DNA from: a virus
Taxonomy: Duplodnaviria; Heunggongvirae; Uroviricota; Caudoviricetes
Reading direction: 5' to 3' (one strand)
DNA length: 64,000 nucleotides
IMG/VR virus record: IMGVR_UViG_3300035520_000350
Coordinates: 160,466-224,465 of that record
The notes under the pieces were generated by a model that saw only the letters and a list, made by a program, of their open reading frames with translations, ran no database searches and had not been told where the DNA came from. Numbering within the stretch: the first letter of the stretch is position 1; each line of letters begins with the position of its first letter. Both the position numbers and the translations under genes were made by a program. Shown piece by piece: positions 10,473 through 19,970 of this stretch.

Positions 10473-12056
10473 ATGAGTAAGATTATATTGAGAAACTCAT
10501 GTATAGTTATACAAGATTATGAGTTAGGGGATTGTGTAGAGCTAGAAAGGAACTTTATGGTCTATGACCCTATAACTCATTCTTACGATAAATTTGGTAT
10601 GTGGTATGACGAAGAAAACGCTTTATTATACATTCCTAGAGGATTAGACTTGTGGAAGATTAAGCAATACTTGCATCAGGAGGTTGTATATAAAGAGAAG
10701 CCTAATGACTATCTTACCTTTGAAGGGATAAAGCTTAAGTATAAGCCTAGAGATGAACAACAGAAAGAAGCTCTTAGATTTATGGTAGGAGCTAATGAAT
10801 ATGCAGAGAACTTCTCTGAACCACAGATATCAGTGAATCTTAATACCGGTAAAGGTAAGACATATTGCTCTATAGCGGCTATAAGCGTTCTTAAGATTAA
10901 GAGTATTATCATTACAGCATCTGTAACTCTACTTAAACAATGGAAAGAGAATATACTTGAGTATACTAATCTTAAAGAGAAGGATATCTTAATGATAGAA
11001 GGATCTCAGATGCTTAATATGATATACATGAAGAAGTCTGTTAAAGCTACAGAAGCTAAGATATTCTTATGCACTCATGCCACACTAAGATCATTTGGAG
11101 ATAGTTATTCTTGGGAGAGAGTTAATGAAGTATTTATGAATCTTGGTATAGGAGTTAAGATATATGATGAGGCTCATACCAATTATGATAATATGCTTAT
11201 GATAGACTTTTTCACTAATGTCTATAAGACATACTATGTAACTGCTACACCTGCTAGATCAAATTATAGAGAGAATAGAATCTATCAGTTATCTATGAAG
11301 AATGTACCGGGTATAGACTTATTTGATGCTGTAAATGATCCTCATACACAGTATATAGCAATTAAGTGGAACAGTAAGCCTACAGCTCAACAGATATCTA
11401 TATGTAGAAATAGCTATGGCTTAGATAGGAATAAGTATATTGACTATGTAACAAGACAACCTAACTTCTATCTTATGCTAAGAGTAATAATGGACTTAGT
11501 TATTAAGTCTGATGGTAGAGCATTGTTCTATATTGGAACTAATGAAGGAATCTTAAGAGTGTACCAATGGATAGGTGCTAACTATCCTGAGTTCTTAGGT
11601 GATATTGGTATCTATACTTCTCTTGTACCATCTAATCTTAAGTATAATGAGAAAGGTAAGAAGTTGCTATTGTCTACCACTAAGTCTGCAGGACTTGGAG
11701 AGCATATAGAAGGTCTTAAGATGACTATAGTATTAGCAGAACCTTTTAAGTCTGAGGTTATAGCTAGACAGACTCTTGGAAGAACTAGAGATAAGGATAC
11801 TACTTATATTGAGTTAGTAGACTTAGGCTTTAAGCAAACAAGAAACTTCTACTATGCTAAGTTACCAGTGTTTAACAAATATGCTAGCGATACAAGTGAC
11901 ACTACTATAGATCAGTATGAGTTAGAGAATAGATCTCAACAGATTGCTGATATAAGAAATAAACATGCTGAGTGTCCTATAGAGTTACATGATGAAAGGT
12001 TCTTTGAATACAATTTAGAAGAACCCAGAGGTGGTAGTCCTATATATTACTTATAA
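10473..12056 (+). CDS. superfamily 2 (UvsW-like) helicase
   Basis: LNTGKGKT, YDEAH, TATP, QTLGRTR motifs; start 10473 after GGAGG. Confidence 0.85.
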   Translation: MSKIILRNSCIVIQDYELGDCVELERNFMVYDPITHSYDKFGMWYDEENALLYIPRGLDLWKIKQYLHQEVVYKEKPNDYLTFEGIKLKYKPRDEQQKEALRFMVGANEYAENFSEPQISVNLNTGKGKTYCSIAAISVLKIKSIIITASVTLLKQWKENILEYTNLKEKDILMIEGSQMLNMIYMKKSVKATEAKIFLCTHATLRSFGDSYSWERVNEVFMNLGIGVKIYDEAHTNYDNMLMIDFFTNVYKTYYVTATPARSNYRENRIYQLSMKNVPGIDLFDAVNDPHTQYIAIKWNSKPTAQQISICRNSYGLDRNKYIDYVTRQPNFYLMLRVIMDLVIKSDGRALFYIGTNEGILRVYQWIGANYPEFLGDIGIYTSLVPSNLKYNEKGKKLLLSTTKSAGLGEHIEGLKMTIVLAEPFKSEVIARQTLGRTRDKDTTYIELVDLGFKQTRNFYYAKLPVFNKYASDTSDTTIDQYELENRSQQIADIRNKHAECPIELHDERFFEYNLEEPRGGSPIYYL

Positions 12057-12098
12057 ACCTCTATCTCTCCTTTCTGAAAAATCTGCTTTACGTGATCA

Positions 12099-12106
12099 TA
12101 TATTAT
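12099..12106 (+). promoter_or_regulatory. early-type promoter TATATTAT
   Basis: resembles phiKZ-type early TATATTAC; recurs at 18348, 19903, 28928, 34310, 35748, 53163, 61889. Confidence 0.65.
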
Positions 12107-12158
12107 ACAAGTGAACGTAGAGGCTACATGATTTTATTTATGAAAGGAGAGATTAATC

Positions 12159-13739
12159 ATGTTATTATCAAATTTAGCTCAGACAATTGGGTACAACGTA
12201 GACAATTTACTTTTCGACGGATATGGTCCTGGAGGAAAGAAAAAGATGCAGAAGGCTGCAAACGCACTGGCAGAATACAAGTACAATCTTGAGGGGGGAG
12301 TGCATGTGTCAGCGAAGGTTCCGTACTGGATTCCGGAAGAAATAAAGGAATATTGCAAGGATATGACTTCTTCTGACGAGATCCGGTTCGGTTATAAGGG
12401 GAGAGCATTCGGCGGATATCTCGATGCATGTCATGTTTTCGCATATCTTAGCGGTAAAGAAGCTTCGTTCGGTGAATCCCTTGACAAGTCAAGCAGACTT
12501 TGCTGCAATATGATCTGCACATCAGTTTTGAGAATCTCACCTATCTACAAAGGTGAAGACGTAAAGAACATCACAAGAGATTTATCAGAGTACGGAATCG
12601 ATGGTCCGAAGGCTCGTCCTATCGTGACTAAAGAGACTCTGGTTAAGGCATTCGAAATGTTTCCTGTAGACAATCTCGATGTGAGCAGCTTCATGCCGGT
12701 TGACAACGATGTCGATGTTATGGATGTGGAAGAAGACATCGTGAAAGAGAAGAAAGAAGAACAAACAAAAGCCGAGCAGGAGAAGGCAGAGCAGCCGCAG
12801 GCTGAAGTGATTGTACTGGAACCACAGAAGCCAGTAGAAGCAGAAGACAACGGTAAGCCAATCATCGACGTCGAGTTCAAGGAAGAATCCGAAAAGGAGG
12901 AAGCCAAACAATCTGAGCCGGAAGAGAAGGCAGAAGATCCTGTCGAGACCAATGAGGATAAGGTTGAGAGCGAAGAGAAGAAAGATGAGAATAAGAGCCC
13001 GATCTTTAAGTTCGACAACGACAAGTTAGTTCTGTTCCCGGAAGATGGAGTATCCAAGGTTCCAGTAAAGCAGGCTGAGAAGTTCAAGAGAATCTTCGGG
13101 GAGTATCTCGAAGATAAGAAGTATGAACTTCACAGACTGATGGGCGGTCCTATTGAGTGTCTTATCCATCGTGAGAATGGTGGGTATATCACTCATGTGA
13201 TTGATCCGGGTCTTTGCATCGGAGATGACTACTATGTAATCGGTTCTTTCCTTACACAGAATCCGCTCAATCCGGTTGATACCATTATGGTTCATCCGTC
13301 AGAGAAAGACATCGTTGCTAAGATCTTCAATACGGTAGATCATGTATACATGCTCACACCGGAAGAGGTCAGCAGGGCTATGACTCATATGTTCTCTAAC
13401 CAGAGAATCTACAATGTATTTGACTTCAGTAACATGGGAGACCGCATTACAAGGATCAGAAAAGATGAGGCAGAGTATGAGAAGTTTGAGAAGATTCTGT
13501 CATTCATCATCAGAAGTCTTGATGGAACTCCAATGCTTGGTCGTATGAGATTCAACAAGTGGAGCAGTGTCGAGAACTTCGAGCTGGTGTCTTATGATTC
13601 CGGAAAGACTGTTATCAGAAGTCCTTTCCCGCCGCAGACTATGGATTATAAGTCCGGCGTGAAGATTCAGGTAGCCAACGGTGAAATGTTGGTGTATTCA
13701 AACGGCAACACCCAGAAGATCACTATTAGTGATCTGTAA
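12159..13739 (+). CDS. hypothetical early protein with central E/K-rich linker
   Basis: 526 aa, AAGGAG RBS, GC-richer codons than neighbours. Confidence 0.8.
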   Translation: MLLSNLAQTIGYNVDNLLFDGYGPGGKKKMQKAANALAEYKYNLEGGVHVSAKVPYWIPEEIKEYCKDMTSSDEIRFGYKGRAFGGYLDACHVFAYLSGKEASFGESLDKSSRLCCNMICTSVLRISPIYKGEDVKNITRDLSEYGIDGPKARPIVTKETLVKAFEMFPVDNLDVSSFMPVDNDVDVMDVEEDIVKEKKEEQTKAEQEKAEQPQAEVIVLEPQKPVEAEDNGKPIIDVEFKEESEKEEAKQSEPEEKAEDPVETNEDKVESEEKKDENKSPIFKFDNDKLVLFPEDGVSKVPVKQAEKFKRIFGEYLEDKKYELHRLMGGPIECLIHRENGGYITHVIDPGLCIGDDYYVIGSFLTQNPLNPVDTIMVHPSEKDIVAKIFNTVDHVYMLTPEEVSRAMTHMFSNQRIYNVFDFSNMGDRITRIRKDEAEYEKFEKILSFIIRSLDGTPMLGRMRFNKWSSVENFELVSYDSGKTVIRSPFPPQTMDYKSGVKIQVANGEMLVYSNGNTQKITISDL

Positions 13740-13769
13740 TTTGGTTGTAGCATATACGTTCACAGTAAA

Positions 13770-13812
13770 GAGGGGTACTAATGTACCCCTCAATACTACT
13801 GATTTATTTTTT
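13770..13812 (+). terminator. terminator hairpin with offset T-tract
   Basis: GAGGGGTAC-taat-GTACCCCTC then TTTATTTTTT at 13803. Confidence 0.65.
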
Positions 13813-13860
13813 CTTAAACTCTCTTGTAAATACAATATAAGAATGACGAGGTAAATAACA

Positions 13861-14601
13861 ATGGATAATTGCCCTATTGAGTTTTTAGATTATGATAAGA
13901 TAAGCGATGTACTTATGTACTTCAGTTCTGATGTAATGCTCAAGTTTACAGTACAACTTGGGAAAAGGGATCAGGAGAATCATAGAAGATTCTTTCATAG
14001 AGAGGTTATATATGAATCAAAGTATAGTAATGTGGGTCCGGTGGTTAGTATTAAGAGAGATATGAACTTCTTTTATTCTATAGAGGATACTAAAGACTAT
14101 ATGAATAATGTAATGATAACTATTCAGGATGTATATCTCTTAAGGACATTGATAGAAGCAAATATCATTCCTTGGTTTATAGGACCCAAGAATATATTTA
14201 GTACAAATCCTGATGATGGTAAGCTTGTGATAACCGGAAAATGGTCACCTCAGCAGTTCACTTTGTCCGATTATCGATATTTAGAGTTTTACCCTATAGT
14301 TTTACTATACGAGGACGGAAAGACCAATTATGGAGTTAGAATGATTGTGAATGGACCAAATACGTATGCTGACATGGATCTTAATAGGTTCTTGGGGTTC
14401 TATACCATTATCGCACAGTCAGATATGTATGCTATAGCAAGTTCTATGGCTAACTATGTAAAGACAGGACCTTATGGTGTCAATACATATAGTATGCTTG
14501 AAGAGGGTAGACAGTTTAAGAGTGCTGGAACCACAAATAGAATTAACTATGAGAAAGGAACGAAGCCTACAAGAACTAAGAACTTCTTCGATACAGTGTA
14601 A
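13861..14601 (+). CDS. hypothetical protein (begins MDNCPIEF)
   Basis: 246 aa, GAGG RBS, AACT-N6-TAAA variant promoter at ~13817. Confidence 0.75.
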   Translation: MDNCPIEFLDYDKISDVLMYFSSDVMLKFTVQLGKRDQENHRRFFHREVIYESKYSNVGPVVSIKRDMNFFYSIEDTKDYMNNVMITIQDVYLLRTLIEANIIPWFIGPKNIFSTNPDDGKLVITGKWSPQQFTLSDYRYLEFYPIVLLYEDGKTNYGVRMIVNGPNTYADMDLNRFLGFYTIIAQSDMYAIASSMANYVKTGPYGVNTYSMLEEGRQFKSAGTTNRINYEKGTKPTRTKNFFDTV

Positions 14602-14723
14602 TACGGAAAATGTAAAAGTTACATCTTTTGATTATAGATTATAGATGTGTAAAGAGATAGAAAATATCTACTTTGCTCACCAGTAAATTAAAATAATCTA
14701 AAGAAAGATGGAGGAACCAAATT

Positions 14724-15311
14724 ATGATGTATTATGTATTGAAAGCAGAGAGTATCAAAACAGTTATCGAGACAGGACATGAAACACAAACCAAAACGAT
14801 CTACGATCCGAGACATCCGATGCTATCGTCTGAGGATATTGGAGTAGCAGTAGGCTTCTTCAAGGAAAAGATTCAGAAAGGCATGAAGAATATTATTCTT
14901 TGTGCTGAGAGCGTTGTGGAACCGGCTTACAAGGCAGGCAGTTCTAAGTTATGGGATGTTGCCAGAATGGGTCTGTCAAAGAAGTTTAACGGTGGTGTGA
15001 TTAACCAGTACTGGTCGGGGCTGGAGTGTATCATGGGATACGATGAACACAATTCAGAGCATATCAGCAACTATTGGGTCGATGTTATTGTCGAGCTGCC
15101 GAATGGTAAAGAGTGTATGAAGAACATCACCGCTGAGGAACTTTATCGGCATTATCTGTCAACTAGTACGTCGAAGATCAAGGGTAGTGCAAAAGCATAC
15201 GTGATCGAGTGTACTTATGCTGACGGACGCCGGATGAAGAAAGAGATTAAACCTATCACTTATATGACCAGCGTGGCAATGCAGCCGTTTGAGATTTCTC
15301 ACAGAGGTTAA
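14724..15311 (+). CDS. hypothetical early protein
   Basis: GGAGG RBS; TAGATTAT promoter variant at 14635. Confidence 0.75.
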   Translation: MMYYVLKAESIKTVIETGHETQTKTIYDPRHPMLSSEDIGVAVGFFKEKIQKGMKNIILCAESVVEPAYKAGSSKLWDVARMGLSKKFNGGVINQYWSGLECIMGYDEHNSEHISNYWVDVIVELPNGKECMKNITAEELYRHYLSTSTSKIKGSAKAYVIECTYADGRRMKKEIKPITYMTSVAMQPFEISHRG

Positions 15312-15321
15312 TGTAAACATA

Positions 15322-15350
15322 AAAGGGTCTGGATACAATCCAGACCCTTT
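15322..15350. terminator. bidirectional terminator
   Basis: AAAGGGTCTGGAT-aca-ATCCAGACCCTTT between convergent genes. Confidence 0.75.
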
Positions 15351-15374
15351 AACTTCTCAAACAAGTTTTATTTT

Positions 15375-16115
15375 TTACTTTCTCTCGATAGCCTGTTGTT
15401 TCTGCTTTAATGTATATGGAGTCATATAGTCTTCGGTTACTAAGTTACTCATGATATGAGCACCGAGTAGATATACATTAAGCATATTCTTAGCCAATGA
15501 ATCATCCTTCTCTACATCAATATCTTTCTCAGATACATAACCTTTGGAAGATATAACGTTATTCATCTGGCTTACTGCTTTTAATGCATCAGCCCTAGGT
15601 CTAGAGAACTCATCCATGTTATACTCAAGACCCATTACTGCTAAGGACTCAAACTCGCGGTCTGTCTCTTTACCACCTTTATCTACATTGTTTAACAGAC
15701 CTGTTCTCATATCTCTATGCTCAATATCAATAGCGATATGAGTCTTCTTAGCAACTGTCTGTTTAAGTCTCTTCAAGTGAATGTATACTACTACACATTC
15801 TTTAGTTTGTACTGGTACGCCAGCTTCATTTTGGTATACATGAGGTACGTTTACTTTCTCAAGAAGAGGCTTATCAAGTACTTTAAAAGCATCAAAGATC
15901 TCATACATCTTAGGCTCTACTGTAAAAAGCTCTGTATGGAATCTAAACGGTAATCTTCTTTGAAGAAACTTATAGAAGTCGTTATCACTCATATCGGCAA
16001 ACAAACGTTTGTAGTATTCAGAGTTCATACCTGTCTTATCAACAGTGTCGAATACTTTATATATGAGAGCTTCTATCTCGTTTCTTTTTTGCTTACTTAT
16101 TAATTCTTTAGCCAT
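15375..16115 (-). CDS. RNA polymerase beta-like subunit, extreme C-terminal fragment (probably virion RNAP)
   Basis: YIHLKRLKQTVAKK and KGGKETDREFESL align with rpoB YMLKLxHxVxDK and GGQRFGEMEVWAL; in a late-promoter unit. Confidence 0.75.
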   Translation of the reverse strand: MAKELISKQKRNEIEALIYKVFDTVDKTGMNSEYYKRLFADMSDNDFYKFLQRRLPFRFHTELFTVEPKMYEIFDAFKVLDKPLLEKVNVPHVYQNEAGVPVQTKECVVVYIHLKRLKQTVAKKTHIAIDIEHRDMRTGLLNNVDKGGKETDREFESLAVMGLEYNMDEFSRPRADALKAVSQMNNVISSKGYVSEKDIDVEKDDSLAKNMLNVYLLGAHIMSNLVTEDYMTPYTLKQKQQAIERK

Positions 16116-16117
16116 AG

Positions 16118-16555
16118 TTAACACACTCCTACTATTTTGATGTCGTCTGCTTCAGATGATCCTCCTATAAAGCCTACTAAGAACTTAGTACCTTTAGGAA
16201 TTTTATCTAAGAAGTTTAGTGCGATATATCTCGGTATTGTCAATGTAAGGTAATTAGATTCTTTATATGCTGAGACCTCTATATTACAGCTACTGTTTAC
16301 AATGTTTCTCTTAGACTCTGTACCTGCATTACTTTCACTGACACTATCGGTATCTGATAAAGGATTAAGAATAGGTATGCTAAACTTACCTTTTATATTA
16401 CCGTATAGCTCTAAAGTACGTGGGTAGTATACACTACCGGACTTGATCTCAGACTTAGAAGGAAAAGGAGGCAATGATGGAAGATTAATATCTTCAAGTA
16501 GTATAGCTACTTCAAGATATGGTAAAGTTGCCTCTGAATCGTTATAGAAACCCAT
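16118..16555 (-). CDS. hypothetical protein, possibly virion-associated
   Basis: start ATG 16555 after AGGTGG; late promoter upstream. Confidence 0.65.
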   Translation of the reverse strand: MGFYNDSEATLPYLEVAILLEDINLPSLPPFPSKSEIKSGSVYYPRTLELYGNIKGKFSIPILNPLSDTDSVSESNAGTESKRNIVNSSCNIEVSAYKESNYLTLTIPRYIALNFLDKIPKGTKFLVGFIGGSSEADDIKIVGVC

Positions 16556-16577
16556 TTTACACACCACCTAACTCATT

Positions 16578-16591
16578 TTTAATACTATGTT
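16578..16591 (-). promoter_or_regulatory. late-type promoter AACA-N6-TAA
   Basis: minus strand AACA-tagtat-TAAA. Confidence 0.65.
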
Positions 16592-16608
16592 CAGCCTAAT
16601 AACTTTTA

Positions 16609-17106
16609 ATGGAATTGGAGGAAATGATAATGCATTTCATTGATAATAATGGAACAATGCAGTTTGAAGATGTATACGATCTTGTATACAATCTTTTGAA
16701 TGCTATTGGATTATCCATTAATGCTGGTGGATATATCTATGATCAAGATACATCTATTGAGATTCAGATTCATGGATGTAAGCTAAAAGCAAGTGTAGAT
16801 CCAAGAAAACCTTGTTATGCAGGACAGGGTGAAGTAGTGTTCGATATAATGAATAATATAAGACTTGTAACTACTATGCTTGGATATTGTATAGATAAAG
16901 AAAGTGTTATGAATGGTTTTAACTCTGTATCACACTATCCAGAAGAGATACCGGAGAGTAGACTTACTGCTATGACTATCAAGATGGCAGACCAGTCTAC
17001 TAGAACTACATTGTATTACAAGAACAAGTGTCTTAAGTTTGTCCATGCTATGTTTCTTGTATATGATGAGAAAGTAGACTTAAGAAACTTTGATACTGAG
17101 GGATAA
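16609..17106 (+). CDS. hypothetical protein
   Basis: 165 aa ORF; start likely a few codons downstream, after GGAGG. Confidence 0.7.
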   Translation: MELEEMIMHFIDNNGTMQFEDVYDLVYNLLNAIGLSINAGGYIYDQDTSIEIQIHGCKLKASVDPRKPCYAGQGEVVFDIMNNIRLVTTMLGYCIDKESVMNGFNSVSHYPEEIPESRLTAMTIKMADQSTRTTLYYKNKCLKFVHAMFLVYDEKVDLRNFDTEG

Positions 17107-17108
17107 CT

Positions 17109-18332
17109 ATGAGTAGCTTTATTTTTACTCCAGATCAGGAGAAGACTATTCAAGAAGCAGTAGATTGGTATAAATACTCTTCCAAACAAACCTTTGAAAT
17201 AGCCGGAGAAGCTGGTACTGGTAAATCTGTTGTTTTGAATGAAATCGTTAGGAGACTTAACTTGTCTCCTAACGAATATATGCCTATGGCGTTCACTGGT
17301 CAAGCTGCTATAATAATGAGACTGAAAGGATTCCAGTATGCTAAAAGCATTCACTCATCGTTATACGAGTATATAGAAGAACTTTGTGACCCAATTGGTT
17401 TTGAATCTATTGATACTAGATTTAATAGACCTAAGGTATATAAGATCTTTAGACCTAAACCAAGATATGCTATAAATGACACTGTGAAAATGTTTATCAT
17501 AGATGAAGCTTATATGACACCTAAAGAAATGAGGAGAGTAATAGACTCATTTGATAGAAAGGTGTTAGTAGCTGGAGATGATAAGCAACTACCACCTGTT
17601 GTTGGAGAACCTGCTTATCTTACTGGAGAAGACATACATAGACTTACTACTCTTATGAGACAAGAAGAGGATAATCCTATAGTGTATATAGCTCATAGAG
17701 CTAGACAAGGTCTACCAATTCATTGTGGTATGTATGGCAATAGAGTATTAGTCATAGAAGATAAGGATCTTAATGATAGACTCTTATCACTACCGCAGGC
17801 TATAATATGTGGAACTAACTACACAAGAGACACACTCAATCAATATATAAGAACAAATTTAAAACATATCTATAGAAGTTTACCTGCATATGGTGAAAGA
17901 GTTATTTGCAGAGATAACAACTGGCAAATAGAGAGAGATAATATCTCTCTCGCTAATGGTCTCGTTGGAACAGTAATTAACCAACCGGGTGTAGGAGGGT
18001 TTAATGGACAAACGTTTGATATGGACTTTGTACCAGATCTAACTGGTTCTGTCTTCGATGGATTAGAGGTAGATTATAAGTACTTTACTGCTTCTTATGA
18101 AGAAAGAAAGGTTATGAAGAATCTTGAGTATAAAGTAGGAGAAAGATTTGAGTTTGCTTATGCTCTTACTACTTACTTATGCCAAGGTGCCGAGTATCAT
18201 ACACCAATGTATATAGAAGAATTCATTAGACCTAATGTACAGAACCAGTTAAACTATAGTGGTATTACTAGAGCTAAGCAAAATCTTATCTACGTTAAGA
18301 AGTCTAAACAGTTCTATTCTCTATTTGGTTAA
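17109..18332 (+). CDS. Dda/RecD-like SF1B helicase
   Basis: GEAGTGKS, IIDEA, GDDKQLPPV, MRQ, AYALTT..CQG.EY, YSGITRA. Confidence 0.9.
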   Translation: MSSFIFTPDQEKTIQEAVDWYKYSSKQTFEIAGEAGTGKSVVLNEIVRRLNLSPNEYMPMAFTGQAAIIMRLKGFQYAKSIHSSLYEYIEELCDPIGFESIDTRFNRPKVYKIFRPKPRYAINDTVKMFIIDEAYMTPKEMRRVIDSFDRKVLVAGDDKQLPPVVGEPAYLTGEDIHRLTTLMRQEEDNPIVYIAHRARQGLPIHCGMYGNRVLVIEDKDLNDRLLSLPQAIICGTNYTRDTLNQYIRTNLKHIYRSLPAYGERVICRDNNWQIERDNISLANGLVGTVINQPGVGGFNGQTFDMDFVPDLTGSVFDGLEVDYKYFTASYEERKVMKNLEYKVGERFEFAYALTTYLCQGAEYHTPMYIEEFIRPNVQNQLNYSGITRAKQNLIYVKKSKQFYSLFG

Positions 18333-18347
18333 AGTGAGGATTGAGCA

Positions 18348-18355
18348 TATATTAT
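18348..18355 (+). promoter_or_regulatory. early-type promoter TATATTAT
   Basis: recurrent motif upstream of ORF 18369. Confidence 0.6.
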
Positions 18356-18368
18356 AAAGCAAGAAAGG

Positions 18369-18965
18369 ATGAAGATTATGAAGAATAATAATGATTTCTT
18401 TGGTAATGATAAGCCTAAGGTAGAACAGGCTGTCTATTTTATAGGTGAGGGTCAGGACTATCATGTCAACCCTATCTATAATTTAGACGAGACACCTAAT
18501 ACACCTAACAGGTTTGTCATATTAAAGACAACAGCCAATGGTAAGTTCTGTATTGATAATATGATTCACTACAGAATAAACGATTGGGATTTAATCACTG
18601 ACTCTGATAATGCTATCTTTGTTGATAAGATCAATAAGACAGTGTTTATTAGAGAATATGGAAGGGCTCTTCGGGAAATAGCTCCTGAAGATCCTGAACA
18701 AAGACAATACGTCATATTGATATACGACTTATCTGATGAGGAATTCAATGAATGGGTTGCTCTAGAAGGTCGTACTCAGGCGTATGAGTACATTAAATCA
18801 CATGCTTATACGATGGATGTAACTAAGTCTATCGTATTAACCGAGAATGTAGCTCTTAAGGATGCATTGACAGTATCTCAGTTTGTCCACTTCTTAAAGA
18901 ATGGAGATATTGTAGAAGATGATGGATTCTATATAGAGGAATTCGAGGAAGAGGCGTTTGATTAA
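18369..18965 (+). CDS. hypothetical protein
   Basis: 198 aa; carries EQAVYF and NPIYNL variants of the shared motif. Confidence 0.75.
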   Translation: MKIMKNNNDFFGNDKPKVEQAVYFIGEGQDYHVNPIYNLDETPNTPNRFVILKTTANGKFCIDNMIHYRINDWDLITDSDNAIFVDKINKTVFIREYGRALREIAPEDPEQRQYVILIYDLSDEEFNEWVALEGRTQAYEYIKSHAYTMDVTKSIVLTENVALKDALTVSQFVHFLKNGDIVEDDGFYIEEFEEEAFD

Positions 18966-18990
18966 ATAAAAGGAAAGGAAGAATGGAAAG

Positions 18991-19425
18991 ATGGCACAGA
19001 AAAATCAACTAAACTTTTTCGATCAGATGATCAGACAGTATGGTGAAAACTTTATTGTAATGCTTACACCAGAGAAGATTCAGAGATCGGCAAAGCAAAG
19101 AATCTTTAGGGAAATGGTACAGGGTAAGATCAACTATACTGAGTATGGTAATTACTTTACCGACCCTAAGCTTTTTGAAAATTTACTTATTGCTGCTCAG
19201 GACGAACTCAATAATAATAGCATACTAAAGTATGCTCTTACTGAGTTTGACTTTAATCATCCTGGTAACAATTCAGTAGTGTTGCTCAAGGGCAAACATA
19301 CAAACCTTGAGTACGTTTATAGTGTTATCTGCAACAAGCTGATGATGGTTAAGATGGATAACTATAATATTGGTTATCTGTCAGATCTGTCAACAGTCTT
19401 GTATAGCTACAGAAATCAAATATAA
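18991..19425 (+). CDS. hypothetical protein
   Basis: 144 aa, AAGGA RBS. Confidence 0.75.
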   Translation: MAQKNQLNFFDQMIRQYGENFIVMLTPEKIQRSAKQRIFREMVQGKINYTEYGNYFTDPKLFENLLIAAQDELNNNSILKYALTEFDFNHPGNNSVVLLKGKHTNLEYVYSVICNKLMMVKMDNYNIGYLSDLSTVLYSYRNQI

Positions 19426-19445
19426 GAAAGGAGTTATGACTTGAA

Positions 19446-19871
19446 ATGGAAACAGCAAAGTTAAAGAAAGTTCTTTCGGACATCGAAAAAAGTGGGGCTA
19501 AGAGATTTACTTTGTATTGTAACAATAGTTACTTGATCGAGGTAAATAGCGACTCCACTAGATGCGTCTTTGATGACGCAAATGAGATGCTGTATTTCTT
19601 TAGAGTACCCAATATGGTACAGCCTAAAGATTTCAGACCTATTGCAATCGAGTGCATGGAGTATTCTGTTATCGAACGTGTATGTGTTCCGACAGACTAC
19701 GTTACAGCAACAAAGATCGCTGAAGCAGCAGGATTGACTATTCCGGACGATGTAAAAGAATGGTTGTCAAAAGCGGCTTCACAGTCTGGTCTGTATCCTA
19801 TTCAGGATAGCAGACATGTGGAAGAGAAGGATAATATCAATCCTACGAATCCAATCCCGTCAGTACGGTAA
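19446..19871 (+). CDS. hypothetical protein
   Basis: 141 aa, AAGGAG RBS. Confidence 0.75.
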   Translation: METAKLKKVLSDIEKSGAKRFTLYCNNSYLIEVNSDSTRCVFDDANEMLYFFRVPNMVQPKDFRPIAIECMEYSVIERVCVPTDYVTATKIAEAAGLTIPDDVKEWLSKAASQSGLYPIQDSRHVEEKDNINPTNPIPSVR

Positions 19872-19902
19872 TAATATGCCAGAGCAATATATAGCTTAGG
19901 TA

Positions 19903-19910
19903 TATATTAT
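19903..19910 (+). promoter_or_regulatory. early-type promoter TATATTAT
   Basis: recurrent motif. Confidence 0.6.
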
Positions 19911-19970
19911 AGAGGTGTAATCAAACATCATCACATTTTTAAAAATATCAAATAAGGAGGAAAATGAATC

